Virus record (IMG/VR): IMGVR_UViG_3300009999_000002
Source of the DNA: a virus
DNA length: 64,000 nucleotides
Strand: one strand, 5' to 3'
How positions within the stretch are numbered: the first letter of the stretch is position 1; each line of letters starts with the position of its first letter. Below are positions 1 to 8,483 of the stretch, piece by piece. The notes under the pieces are model-generated. The model saw only the letters and a list, made by a program, of their open reading frames with translations, made no database searches and was not told the origin of the DNA. The translations under genes were made by a program, and so were the position numbers.

Positions 1-1043
1 GTACGATCTCTAGAGCTGTGATCATGAATCTTGCGAGTGTCAGCTTTCTTCTCCAAGTCACCATGAACGAATTTGAACATCTTTCCGTTGACTTCGAGGA
101 CAGCACTGAAATCTTTCGCTTCAACATATTCAACATTACCGATATGAGAAGTTTCAACGAACAGCTTGACCATCTCGTTGACTACAACCATTCCGGTATC
201 ACCATCAATATTTCCAACCTTGTCACCATTAATCCGATCGTGATTACCACTGAAACCACGATATGTTACATCGAAGCTCTGAGCTAATTTGATCAGCATC
301 TCAATGATCAGTTTTCCACCTAGAGTCATTTGTTTAGATACGGGGAACTCTGCATGGTAAGCCTGAGAATTTCTCATATAGGCATGCTCAAGCATGTCGC
401 CCATGTACACCACATCGATATGCTTGACGTTGTGATCAAGTGCAAGTCGAATGATTTTCTTGATGTAGGTATCGATTCTTTGGTTAGCAATTTCGAAGTT
501 GTACTCATTTGAGTCAACTTTCACCAACGCACCAATATGCCAGTCGGAAACAACTGCAATCAGTCGATTGCCATTTGGAACGATGACAGGGGAGGGGGAG
601 TGAATATTACTCACTAGCGACTTCAGGTCAAGACCATCAAGAGCCTCTTTAATAGCAACCTTAATCTCGCTCCGGAAGGAAACCTCATCCATCAATTTGC
701 GTTTCACCTTATTCATCAAGCGTGACTCATTTTGGACTTCACGCTTCTGGAAAGCCATCTCTCCAAGTTCAGATATGATAGGATTGTCGATTGACTCAAC
801 TGCTTCCTTTTCAACCTCTTCGATCTCAGATGAAGAGTATTGATATCTCTTAATCATTTGACGGTATGGCTCCGTACTCTCAGAGTCGTCAAATCCTGCT
901 TTCGCCATGAGAGCTTTATGCTTTCCCCAAGGGCATCGCATGCTTGGACTTGTCTTTTGTAACTCTTGCTTAATTTTTAGCGCTGTCCGCAAATGCTCTT
1001 CGGATACGCTAACCCATTCATTTTTTCTGTTTCTGTATTTCAT
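1..1043 (-). CDS. Calcineurin-like metallophosphoesterase with N-terminal helical domain (partial, runs off left edge; absent from ORF track)
   Basis: Manual translation of minus strand from ATG at 1043 (MKYRNRKNEW...) stays open to the window edge. It contains the metallophosphoesterase motifs SDWHIG, MGDMLE, GNHD and FVHGD; RBS-like AAAGGTAG upstream. Confidence 0.85.
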   Translation of the reverse strand, partial: MKYRNRKNEWVSVSEEHLRTALKIKQELQKTSPSMRCPWGKHKALMAKAGFDDSESTEPYRQMIKRYQYSSSEIEEVEKEAVESIDNPIISELGEMAFQKREVQNESRLMNKVKRKLMDEVSFRSEIKVAIKEALDGLDLKSLVSNIHSPSPVIVPNGNRLIAVVSDWHIGALVKVDSNEYNFEIANQRIDTYIKKIIRLALDHNVKHIDVVYMGDMLEHAYMRNSQAYHAEFPVSKQMTLGGKLIIEMLIKLAQSFDVTYRGFSGNHDRINGDKVGNIDGDTGMVVVNEMVKLFVETSHIGNVEYVEAKDFSAVLEVNGKMFKFVHGDLEKKADTRKIHDHSSRDR

Positions 1044-1180
1044 TTTCCTGATCTACCTTTCTGGATTAAATTCGTATGAAGAGACTTCCATTTGCAAAAC
1101 TTTGCTTTTATGGAAGTCTAATAATCAGTCTTGTTCATTCGAAATATAGCATAGGTAGATTTTAATTGCAATACTTTTGT

Positions 1181-3139
1181 TTAGTTATTTTCATAATAAT
1201 GTTCAACAGTTGCCTCTCCACGAAAGAGTCGCTTCTTCATATCGAGAGTGACATCCTTTCCAAGTAGCTCTGTAATGAACTCGCCCTCTTCGACCTTTTC
1301 ATAATCCTTGTCATAAAAGAACCACGAGACGAATAGTGCTTTACGAGGTCGACTGCATGCAACGTAAAACAGGCGTCGCTCCTCTTCAACAGATGGATTC
1401 ATCGTATGAGGGAACATGTCCTGATTTACGTTCGGAACGAATACATGATCGAATTCCAGACCTTTTGAAGCATGAACCGTCATGATGTTAACAGCATCTT
1501 TGCCTTTAGAGTCGTTTTTACGCTCTGTAATGGACTGTACGTGAGCAAGGAATGCTTTAATACTAGGAAACTTACTGGCGATCTCACAGAGGCGCTCAAT
1601 GGCATCCTGCTTCTCTTGAATAGAGTTGGCACTGCTCGTTGTTTCGTTAACAAACTCCTTGTATCGAGTGATCCGGACAACGTTTCGAAGGAATCGACCT
1701 GCATTCGTAGAGTTGGAGCCAACTGAAATGTCAGACATGACCTTGAGGAAGTTGTCTACTCCTCGTTTGAACTTCCATGATTGCGATAAATCCTTTACCT
1801 TGATCGCAGTGAGAAGATTCAGGTCTCTCGTCACAGCAAACTTCTCAAGATCCTCTACAAACTGCTTGCTGAGATATCGGTTAGGGGAGTTGATGACACG
1901 ACGGAAGCTTGCATTGTCCGAGTTATCTGCTACCAATCGAGTGTAGCTCAGTAAGTCGACAATCTCTTTGCGATCAAAGAATGACACTGACTTGGAGACG
2001 TCGAAGGGGATTCGTCGATCAGCAAATGACTCCTCAAATAGAACCGTATGTGAATTCGCTCGAACCAGTACTGCAATCTCGCTTGGATTAACTCCATCCT
2101 CAATCATCTCTTTAACCTTGATTGCGATAGAACGTGCTTGCATAGCCTCATCTTGGAATAGGGTGATCATCACCTTAGATCCTTCTTCAGAGACTGATAC
2201 AGACGGTTGGAAATGCTCATATCGCTTAATGTCAGAGTTTGCAATGATTTGATTTGAGAACTTGACGATATTTTGAGTGGATCGGAAGTTCTTGTTTAGC
2301 TCAATTAACTTCACATTCTCAAACTGATTCTCGAACTCAAGAATGTTTGAAATGTCAGCATTGATGAAACTGTAGATGCCTTGCCGGAAGTCTCCAACAA
2401 CAAATACGTTCTTGGTATTGATCATCTTAATGATTTCAACAACAATGAGTGACGTATCTTGGAATTCATCAACCAGTACATACTGAAACTTGTTCTGTAT
2501 CTTCTTCCGGAAGCTTTTATCATCTCGCAGTTCTTTGTAGAACATATATAGAATATCTGCAAAATCGATTTGAAGGCTATATGTCTTAAGGTCTTCATAT
2601 TTTCGATACGCTGTCCGAAGGATGTCGTGATCGATTCCTTCTGCAAACGAAACTACCTCTGTCATGACGAATTCGTCATCCGGAGTACGCAGATTCGCTT
2701 TTTGATAAGAAATGAACTGAGATAGCTCTCCTGCCTTAAGTGGAATGCCGAGTCCACGATGATTCTTCTTCGCATCGTATGGTTTACACATATCGTTAAA
2801 GATCGATATCATCCACCACTCCGGACAAATCTTAATCTTATTCAGCTTTCCATGCTCCTTCAGCATACCAAGAGCGACAGCATGAAATGTCCCTATCGTA
2901 ACTTCACTGCTACGATACTTGCCAATCATCTTCGAGAGGCGCTTCTTGATCTCCTCAGTGGCTTTCTTTGTGAAAGTGAATGCCAAGATATTCGTCGGAT
3001 CTATCTCGTGCGTATGGATCATATTAGCCACTCTGGTGACGAATGCAGATGTCTTACCCGAACCTGCACTTGCGATCGTTAGTACGTTTCCGTTTATCGT
3101 ATTGATTGCCTCTTTTTGCTCCTGTGTGAAAGTAATCAT
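1181..3139 (-). CDS. pcrA: PcrA/UvrD-family ATP-dependent DNA helicase
   Basis: Walker A ASAGSGKT, TFTKKA, VDEFQD, VGDFRQGIY, NFRST, TVHASKGLEF, EERRLFYVACSR. Start moved to ATG 3139 behind a GGAGG RBS. Confidence 0.95.
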   Translation of the reverse strand: MITFTQEQKEAINTINGNVLTIASAGSGKTSAFVTRVANMIHTHEIDPTNILAFTFTKKATEEIKKRLSKMIGKYRSSEVTIGTFHAVALGMLKEHGKLNKIKICPEWWMISIFNDMCKPYDAKKNHRGLGIPLKAGELSQFISYQKANLRTPDDEFVMTEVVSFAEGIDHDILRTAYRKYEDLKTYSLQIDFADILYMFYKELRDDKSFRKKIQNKFQYVLVDEFQDTSLIVVEIIKMINTKNVFVVGDFRQGIYSFINADISNILEFENQFENVKLIELNKNFRSTQNIVKFSNQIIANSDIKRYEHFQPSVSVSEEGSKVMITLFQDEAMQARSIAIKVKEMIEDGVNPSEIAVLVRANSHTVLFEESFADRRIPFDVSKSVSFFDRKEIVDLLSYTRLVADNSDNASFRRVINSPNRYLSKQFVEDLEKFAVTRDLNLLTAIKVKDLSQSWKFKRGVDNFLKVMSDISVGSNSTNAGRFLRNVVRITRYKEFVNETTSSANSIQEKQDAIERLCEIASKFPSIKAFLAHVQSITERKNDSKGKDAVNIMTVHASKGLEFDHVFVPNVNQDMFPHTMNPSVEEERRLFYVACSRPRKALFVSWFFYDKDYEKVEEGEFITELLGKDVTLDMKKRLFRGEATVEHYYENN

Positions 3140-3447
3140 GTGAATCCTCCTGTTTGATAAATGATATAAATCAAATACTAAACAAAAGTATTGCATATGT
3201 CAACGGTATTAACAGGGTTTATTCACGATTTACGAAAAGAGGTGACAACATTGCTTCTAGAATGCGATTTGAGAGCTTGTCATCGATATTAATATAAGGA
3301 GTCTCGGATTCAATTTGAAGCACTCAGAATCAAATCTGGTGCATTCTAGACCTATAATTACTACTTCGCAAGATTGAAATCATATCCGTCAAGTTAGTTG
3401 GATCGTATTGTGTTTTCATTCTCGCTCACCAGTTCCACTGGTTGCGC

Positions 3448-3709
3448 TATATATAATAATAATCTTTTAAGTAATTAAGATAAGAATAATTAGGGGGTAA
3501 AAAATTTTTAGGGCAGGGGTAAAAAATCTTTACCCCTTGGATTTACAGGGGTAAAAAATCTTTACCCCTGTAATCTGTGGATAACTACGGTCGACCTGTG
3601 GATAAATAGGGGTAAAAAATCTTTATGCCTAGGGGTAAAAAATTTTTACTCCTAGTGTTAAAAAATTTAACCCCTATGCAAAAAACAGGGGTAAAAAATC
3701 TTTACCCCT
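3448..3709. repeat. Iteron-type replication origin: about 7 copies of palindromic AGGGGTAAAAAATCTTTACCCCT, two DnaA boxes and an AT-rich tract
   Basis: Copies at ~3492, 3515, 3547, 3608, 3631, 3654 (degenerate) and 3687. TGTGGATAA (reverse complement of TTATCCACA) at 3576-3584 and 3597-3605. AT-rich 3448-3491. Lies directly downstream of the HTH Rep-like gene. Confidence 0.85.
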
Positions 3710-3779
3710 ATACAATCACCTCGAAAATCATAAAAGTGTCTAAAATGTGAACTATCATATTCAATAAAAAAGAAGGGCA

Positions 3780-4817
3780 TTATTTGCCCTTCATTACGGT
3801 TACTACGAACTGTTCTCTTGTGAAGTATCTGACGTGATAGATAGAATCATACATATCAATCAGACACTGATTCATTCGATCAAACTGATCTTCCGAAAGA
3901 CCTTCTTCAAGGAAGCTCTTCTGAGTCTTGTCCTTCACAATAAGGTATGCGGTAAAGGAAGACTTGTCATAAACGGTGATCGTATTATTGAATATCATTT
4001 CTGCAGATGGCTTTGTGAACCATTTATTCTCGATGAGGAGCGTCTGGAATTCTTCCGCAGTCTTCATAGTATCTCTCATACGAGACGGGAGATTCTCCAT
4101 TATATAGGTCTCAGCCTCGGCAGAAGCAATTGACTTCTTAATCTCCTTGCGTGTCTTGCTTGAAACCATTCGATCGCCAACATTATTGATGATTTCATCG
4201 ATATTCTTGCGACCGCTACTTGCAAACCAATCCATCTGAGTATCGTTAGCAAAACTAGCCATATACTTATCGTGCTTCTCCTGCAGAGTTGGTGGCAACA
4301 TGTCATACTGTTCTTTCGAGATATGAGGAATTGTTGCTCTCACCTTATAGATTGGCGACACTTCTCGGTTATCTTTTGCTTTTTCAAGGCGACGAATTCT
4401 AAGAATAAAGTTATTATCCTCTAATTTCTTCAGCTTACTTACAAGAGTAGGTTTGGAAAGATTCATTTTCTCACGCAATTGAAACATTGGAGCGTAACAA
4501 ATGTCGATTCCCTCTGAGATTCTGCAGTAATCGAGAAGATGGTAATAGAGGAATACGCAATCTCTATCCATGATCACAGACCAGTAATAAGACATGTAGC
4601 GATCCATTTTCCATGCATTGTCTGTGAGAGAAGATATCGAATTAGTGTTCTTGCTCAAGTTGATCTTTAACACGTCTTCGAATTTGATTTCATGCATCTC
4701 ACTCTCAGGAAGCTCTCTCACTCTGCCATTCTTCTGGGCGACCATAACTTTCTTTCCTGACTTTCTCTCTAAGAAATGAATATACTCATCTTCTCTGTAT
4801 TCTTCAGGCTTTCCCAT
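3780..4817 (-). CDS. Replication initiator (Rep) with winged helix-turn-helix
   Basis: YAPMFQLREKMNLSKPTLVSKLKKLEDNNFILR is a wHTH typical of Firmicute phage/plasmid initiators; adjacent to the iteron/DnaA-box origin; GGAGG RBS. Confidence 0.7.
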   Translation of the reverse strand: MGKPEEYREDEYIHFLERKSGKKVMVAQKNGRVRELPESEMHEIKFEDVLKINLSKNTNSISSLTDNAWKMDRYMSYYWSVIMDRDCVFLYYHLLDYCRISEGIDICYAPMFQLREKMNLSKPTLVSKLKKLEDNNFILRIRRLEKAKDNREVSPIYKVRATIPHISKEQYDMLPPTLQEKHDKYMASFANDTQMDWFASSGRKNIDEIINNVGDRMVSSKTRKEIKKSIASAEAETYIMENLPSRMRDTMKTAEEFQTLLIENKWFTKPSAEMIFNNTITVYDKSSFTAYLIVKDKTQKSFLEEGLSEDQFDRMNQCLIDMYDSIYHVRYFTREQFVVTVMKGK

Positions 4818-4873
4818 AATAAAAAAATCCTCCCTTTATCGGAAAAGGGTAGGATCAATAACACATGTAGTTG

Positions 4874-5123
4874 TTGCTTTTCAAAAATTCTTATGATAAC
4901 ATTACCTCATAAGTTAATTGAAAACCAACTCCACTACATGTGGTGCTTGATCCCCAACGCTTCGTCCTCAAGGTCGCCAAACTCCAAGGATGAAGCGTTG
5001 CTTCTGTTTTCCGATGTATTTGTTGTCATCATTTTAACATTAATAAAAAGTATTAACAAGTGAATTCCAATTCGCTTTCACCATATTCCCAAGCCATCGC
5101 TCATATCATGCGGTGGCTTTTTA
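4874..5123 (+). ncRNA. Putative antisense (countertranscript) RNA to the rep leader, including its promoter
   Basis: TTGCTT(4874)-17 bp-TAACAT(4897) with extended TG; long hairpin ~4955-5000; intrinsic terminator AAGCCATCGC...GCGGTGGCTTTTT at 5091-5123; lies opposite the rep leader. Confidence 0.5.
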
Positions 5124-5216
5124 TTATCATTATATAGAAGATAAATGAATAGCCAACCGATTTGATAGGGACGGTTGGCTAAGAAAATGGACGACTAAAT
5201 CGCACCTTCTTATTGG

Positions 5217-5245
5217 AATATACCACCGTCAAAAACACCCGTCAA
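5217..5245 (-). promoter_or_regulatory. SigA-type promoter for rep
   Basis: Minus strand TTGACG-17 bp-TATATT with extended TG; implies a leader of roughly 390 nt before the rep ATG. Confidence 0.65.
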
Positions 5246-5253
5246 CTACAATA

Positions 5254-5267
5254 AGAACAAATGTTCC
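5254..5267. promoter_or_regulatory. LexA/DinR (Cheo) SOS box
   Basis: aGAACaaatGTTCc matches the Firmicute GAAC-N4-GTTC consensus; about 10 bp upstream of the rep -35. Confidence 0.6.
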
Positions 5268-5298
5268 TATTTTTAGAACTTATTTCCGATTTAGCTTC

Positions 5299-5493
5299 CA
5301 GTAAAAAGTGTCAGGAGAGAGACACTTTTTTCCGAGTTTCAGTAAAAAGTGTCAGCAGGACGACACTTTTTTCCGGATTTCAGTAAAAAGTGTCACCACA
5401 GAGACACTTTTTGGTAGTGAAATAATAGAGACTCCCTAATAAGAGTGACAATATTAATAATTAATAGATGTAGGCGCCCCGAGCAGGCTCGGG
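5299..5493. repeat. Palindrome array copy 1: three 41-bp-period units AAAAAGTGTC-N8-GACACTTTTT followed by an AT-rich tail
   Basis: Spacers AGGAGAGA (5313), AGCAGGAC (5354), ACCACAGA (5395); tail GGTAGTGAAATAA...TAATAAGAGTGACAATATTAATAA. Confidence 0.9.
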
Positions 5494-5616
5494 ATTTTCC
5501 TAGGAACTTGATCGTTATTAATCGGTGGTCGTCATCCGGCAATCCAAGAAACGAACTCTTTAATAGAACAAAAGTATTGCAATAGGTAAATGACTGCTGT
5601 AATATGAACTCGTAAG

Positions 5617-5811
5617 AATAAAGTGTCAGCAGGACGACACTTTTTTCCGGATTTCAGTAAAAAGTGTCACCACAGAGACACTTTATTCTGAGTTTCAGTA
5701 AAAAGTGTCAGGAGAGAGACACTTTTTGGTAGTGAAATAACACAGACTACCCTAATAAGAGTGACAATATTAATAAGAAATAGATGTAGTGGGCGCCCGA
5801 ATGGAATTCGG
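5617..5811. repeat. Palindrome array copy 2: same three units in permuted order, with a near-identical tail
   Basis: Spacers AGCAGGAC (5628), ACCACAGA (5669), AGGAGAGA (5710); 41-bp period; tail closely resembles that of copy 1. Confidence 0.9.
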
Positions 5812-5870
5812 ATCAGCCACATCTTTGATTCTTATTAAACGAAAGTATTGCAAATAAAGGAGGGAAACCT

Positions 5871-6530
5871 ATGAACAGTGGAAACAGATACTTTGCTGTC
5901 GACAACAAGTTTATCCTTGATAACGACATGCATAGTCATCGAGAGAAGTTTGCCATGGTCGTAATCAAGGGACTGGCGAACACAATCTTAAACTCCACTG
6001 CTATAAGTGTAGAATTGATTCAGGAGATTTTTGGACTTACATCTCACACCAAGAACAAGACCATGATAAGAGATATGATCACGGGGATGATCGAGAAGGG
6101 TCTCATACAGGTCTTTTCCGACATTAAGATGACAGAAGAGGTTGGTACGATCAAGAACAATAGTCTCTATTATGTAAAGGCTGACTGGACACCTGCTCAA
6201 CACGGCTTTACAAAGATCTATTATGATGACGTATCAAAGCTTGTATTCATGGATGAGAAAAGAAAGGACTTACTGTTTGCTGTCTACTTCAACATCATTC
6301 ATCGGATCTATGATTCAGAGACGAGTCCTGATTATTCATGGGTCACGATTGACACTATAGCTAAGGAAACTGGAGCAAATGAAAAAACAGTAATGAAGTA
6401 TATCTCCTTGCTACGAGAACATGAGCTAATTTATTACGAGACGATCAGTGAGAGTATAAAGAAAGACAAGAACTACTATTGCAGATGGTCTGATCGTGAA
6501 AAAGTTAGCAAGCTTCTGAGAGAGGGGTAA
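5871..6530 (+). CDS. Tandem winged-HTH DNA-binding protein, possibly a second replication initiator
   Basis: C-terminal SWVTIDTIAKETGANEKTVMKYISLLREHELI wHTH and a similar N-terminal repeat; strong AGGAGG RBS; directly downstream of the palindrome arrays. Confidence 0.6.
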   Translation: MNSGNRYFAVDNKFILDNDMHSHREKFAMVVIKGLANTILNSTAISVELIQEIFGLTSHTKNKTMIRDMITGMIEKGLIQVFSDIKMTEEVGTIKNNSLYYVKADWTPAQHGFTKIYYDDVSKLVFMDEKRKDLLFAVYFNIIHRIYDSETSPDYSWVTIDTIAKETGANEKTVMKYISLLREHELIYYETISESIKKDKNYYCRWSDREKVSKLLREG

Positions 6531-6602
6531 TATTGTTATTTGCTATAATACTATTACAGTGATATACTAAAATCAGCTAATCAAAGACACGGAGGTATTA
6601 CT

Positions 6603-6998
6603 ATGAAAAAGTATGATGGCACTCATGAGCCGAGCGAGATCATTCGTAAGGTAGAGGTCAAAAGAATTGCTGAACAATTGAAGAAGAGCGAGCTATGTAG
6701 CATCATGGGGATTCAGTATAATTACTACTGTAACTGTGCCAGTGTACGTGATGAGCCTAGTCAGGCACTGAAACAGAAGCTCCAGAAGTATCTAGAGATG
6801 CCGACTCCGATAGTATATGAGTCTGTGTTTGCTTTGCGAGACAACGTCAAGAAGTCCGGAGCAGTCAAGAAAGATAAGAATGGACGTGAAACTTATCACG
6901 AAAATCTTTTGATCACGAAGGACTATGAGAATACTGTTCTTGCAGAGATGGAAGAGGATCAAGTATTCAAAAAGCCAAAAATGTACGATGAGCAATGA
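6603..6998 (+). CDS. Hypothetical protein with Cro/XRE-like HTH
   Basis: LKKSELCSIMGIQYNYY resembles an HTH; GGAGG RBS; own promoter-like sequence upstream. Confidence 0.45.
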   Translation: MKKYDGTHEPSEIIRKVEVKRIAEQLKKSELCSIMGIQYNYYCNCASVRDEPSQALKQKLQKYLEMPTPIVYESVFALRDNVKKSGAVKKDKNGRETYHENLLITKDYENTVLAEMEEDQVFKKPKMYDEQ

Positions 6999-7036
6999 TC
7001 AATCGTTGATTATCGCTCTATCACTAAACAAAAGTA

Positions 7037-7065
7037 TTGCAAATAAATCAACCTATTGATATACT
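7037..7065 (+). promoter_or_regulatory. SigA-type promoter whose -35 (TTGCAA) is part of the recurrent 15-bp motif
   Basis: TTGCAA-17 bp-TATACT with extended TG. Confidence 0.65.
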
Positions 7066-7141
7066 TTTCAATAGAAACAGGCTGAATTTAAACAGTTTCA
7101 AAATCAATTATACAAAGGCAGAGAGGGAGTATTAGTTAATT

Positions 7142-8203
7142 ATGAAGTACTTTGGAAGTGAAATAGGTGGGAAAACGATTGCTGACTTTCAGCAATACAA
7201 CCCTAAATTAGAGAGATTTGAAGATCGGTTATATGAGGTACATGAGTTGATTTATAATGAAGAGGGTGACTTAGAGGAATTCTTCATAAATTACTTCGAC
7301 ACATACTTCGATTCAGTACCAAGCCAGACAGGGTGGTTGTCAGAGCAAGATTTCGTCTGTAAGGTGATCGAAGGTCTAGGAACATATCTTCTGAATGCAA
7401 AGGATATTCAATCAAACCGTAAGATTAAATACCGATTCTGGAAGTCAGAGCGAGAGTTTAACCAGTACAAAGAGTCAGAGAACGTTAATACAAGTTCGAT
7501 GGAGCAAGCTAAGAATGACGTACACGTCGTTGATATGTTCTACTCAAATGATGACAAGAACTTTAAGCTTGCAACTGACAATAAGCTATACGCCAAAGAT
7601 ATCAAGGAAGTTGTCGAGATTGCAGAGCTTGAAAAAGCGATCCGAATTGCGAACGAAGAATACTATGTTTCCGTTATTGAAAAGAAGATCGATTCAATTC
7701 TTCCTTCTATTAAAGATGGAAACGTAAAAGCACGTCTGGGTCGAATTCGCCAGAATGTTAAGCGATATATAGCGCTGTGGACTCGAGACATGCGAGATAA
7801 CCAGTTGGCTATCAAAGAAGCTATCAAGCGTCCAATCCGCTTCGAGAACGCTCTCAAGGACGAAGAGGCGCCAGATAAGCTTGATGCGATTGACTTTATG
7901 GAGAAGAAGCATATTCACAGCCTCCTTAAGAGTCTAGACAACAGCGATATGATGAGTGACTTCGGACTGATCGTATACGACTTAAAAGTACTATTGTCTA
8001 AGACGAAGTTATCGGATCGTGAGCGAGTTGTGGTCAACATGTATATAGAGGGAAGTAAGCAAAAAGAGATCGCCAATGCCATTGGAGTAGAAGCAAATAC
8101 AATCCGCACAATGGAGAAGCGAATCTGTGAAAAGGCAGTGAAAACCTATGAGAAGCAAGTGTCTGACTATCGTGAAATGATACGTGCGAAAAAAAGTTTT
8201 TGA
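7142..8203 (+). CDS. Transcription regulator with C-terminal sigma70 region-4/LuxR-like HTH
   Basis: LSDRERVVVNMYIEGSKQKEIANAIGVEANTIRTMEKRICEK at the C-terminus. Confidence 0.7.
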   Translation: MKYFGSEIGGKTIADFQQYNPKLERFEDRLYEVHELIYNEEGDLEEFFINYFDTYFDSVPSQTGWLSEQDFVCKVIEGLGTYLLNAKDIQSNRKIKYRFWKSEREFNQYKESENVNTSSMEQAKNDVHVVDMFYSNDDKNFKLATDNKLYAKDIKEVVEIAELEKAIRIANEEYYVSVIEKKIDSILPSIKDGNVKARLGRIRQNVKRYIALWTRDMRDNQLAIKEAIKRPIRFENALKDEEAPDKLDAIDFMEKKHIHSLLKSLDNSDMMSDFGLIVYDLKVLLSKTKLSDRERVVVNMYIEGSKQKEIANAIGVEANTIRTMEKRICEKAVKTYEKQVSDYREMIRAKKSF

Positions 8204-8342
8204 TTTTTGTCGCTGTTTTGCCTTAGCAAATGCTATTATATATGTAAGGGTCACTAAGCAAAAGTATTGCAAGTGACTCTTACGAGATAAACTAAATTTC
8301 TCAAAGACCAATAAGTCGTTTTGTTTCCCCTAAACACTTATG

Positions 8343-8367
8343 CCCAAGCTGAAGAGCTTGGGTTTTT
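8343..8367 (+). terminator. Intrinsic terminator-like hairpin
   Basis: CCCAAGCT-gaag-AGCTTGGG followed by TTTTT. Confidence 0.6.
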
Positions 8368-8370
8368 CTC

Positions 8371-8416
8371 GTAGCTTGAAGATTTAATGTGGGTGCAATT
8401 CCTGCAGGCTACACCA
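8371..8416 (+). ncRNA. tRNA-like minihelix (acceptor stem + T arm + ACCA; no D or anticodon arm)
   Basis: GTAGCTT/AGGCTAC stem, GTGGG-TGCAATT-CCTGC T arm, ACCA end. Confidence 0.45.
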
Positions 8417-8483
8417 AAAATAACTAATAATATCGACATTTTATTAAATGTAGAGAGAGAAGAAAGGGAGTACACATTAGAAT

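Noticed and set aside
3492..3709. CRISPR or terminator interpretation of the GGGGTAAA...TTTACCCC repeats
   Set aside because: Irregular, sometimes zero spacing, interleaved DnaA boxes and the adjacent Rep gene fit iterons.
4776..5063. 95-aa plus-strand ORF
   Set aside because: No RBS, overlaps the rep start on the opposite strand, and the region is better explained as leader/antisense RNA.
5299..5727. CRISPR array interpretation of the 41-bp-period repeats
   Set aside because: Variable parts are only 8 nt, sit inside the palindrome and recur between the two copies; no cas genes in the window.
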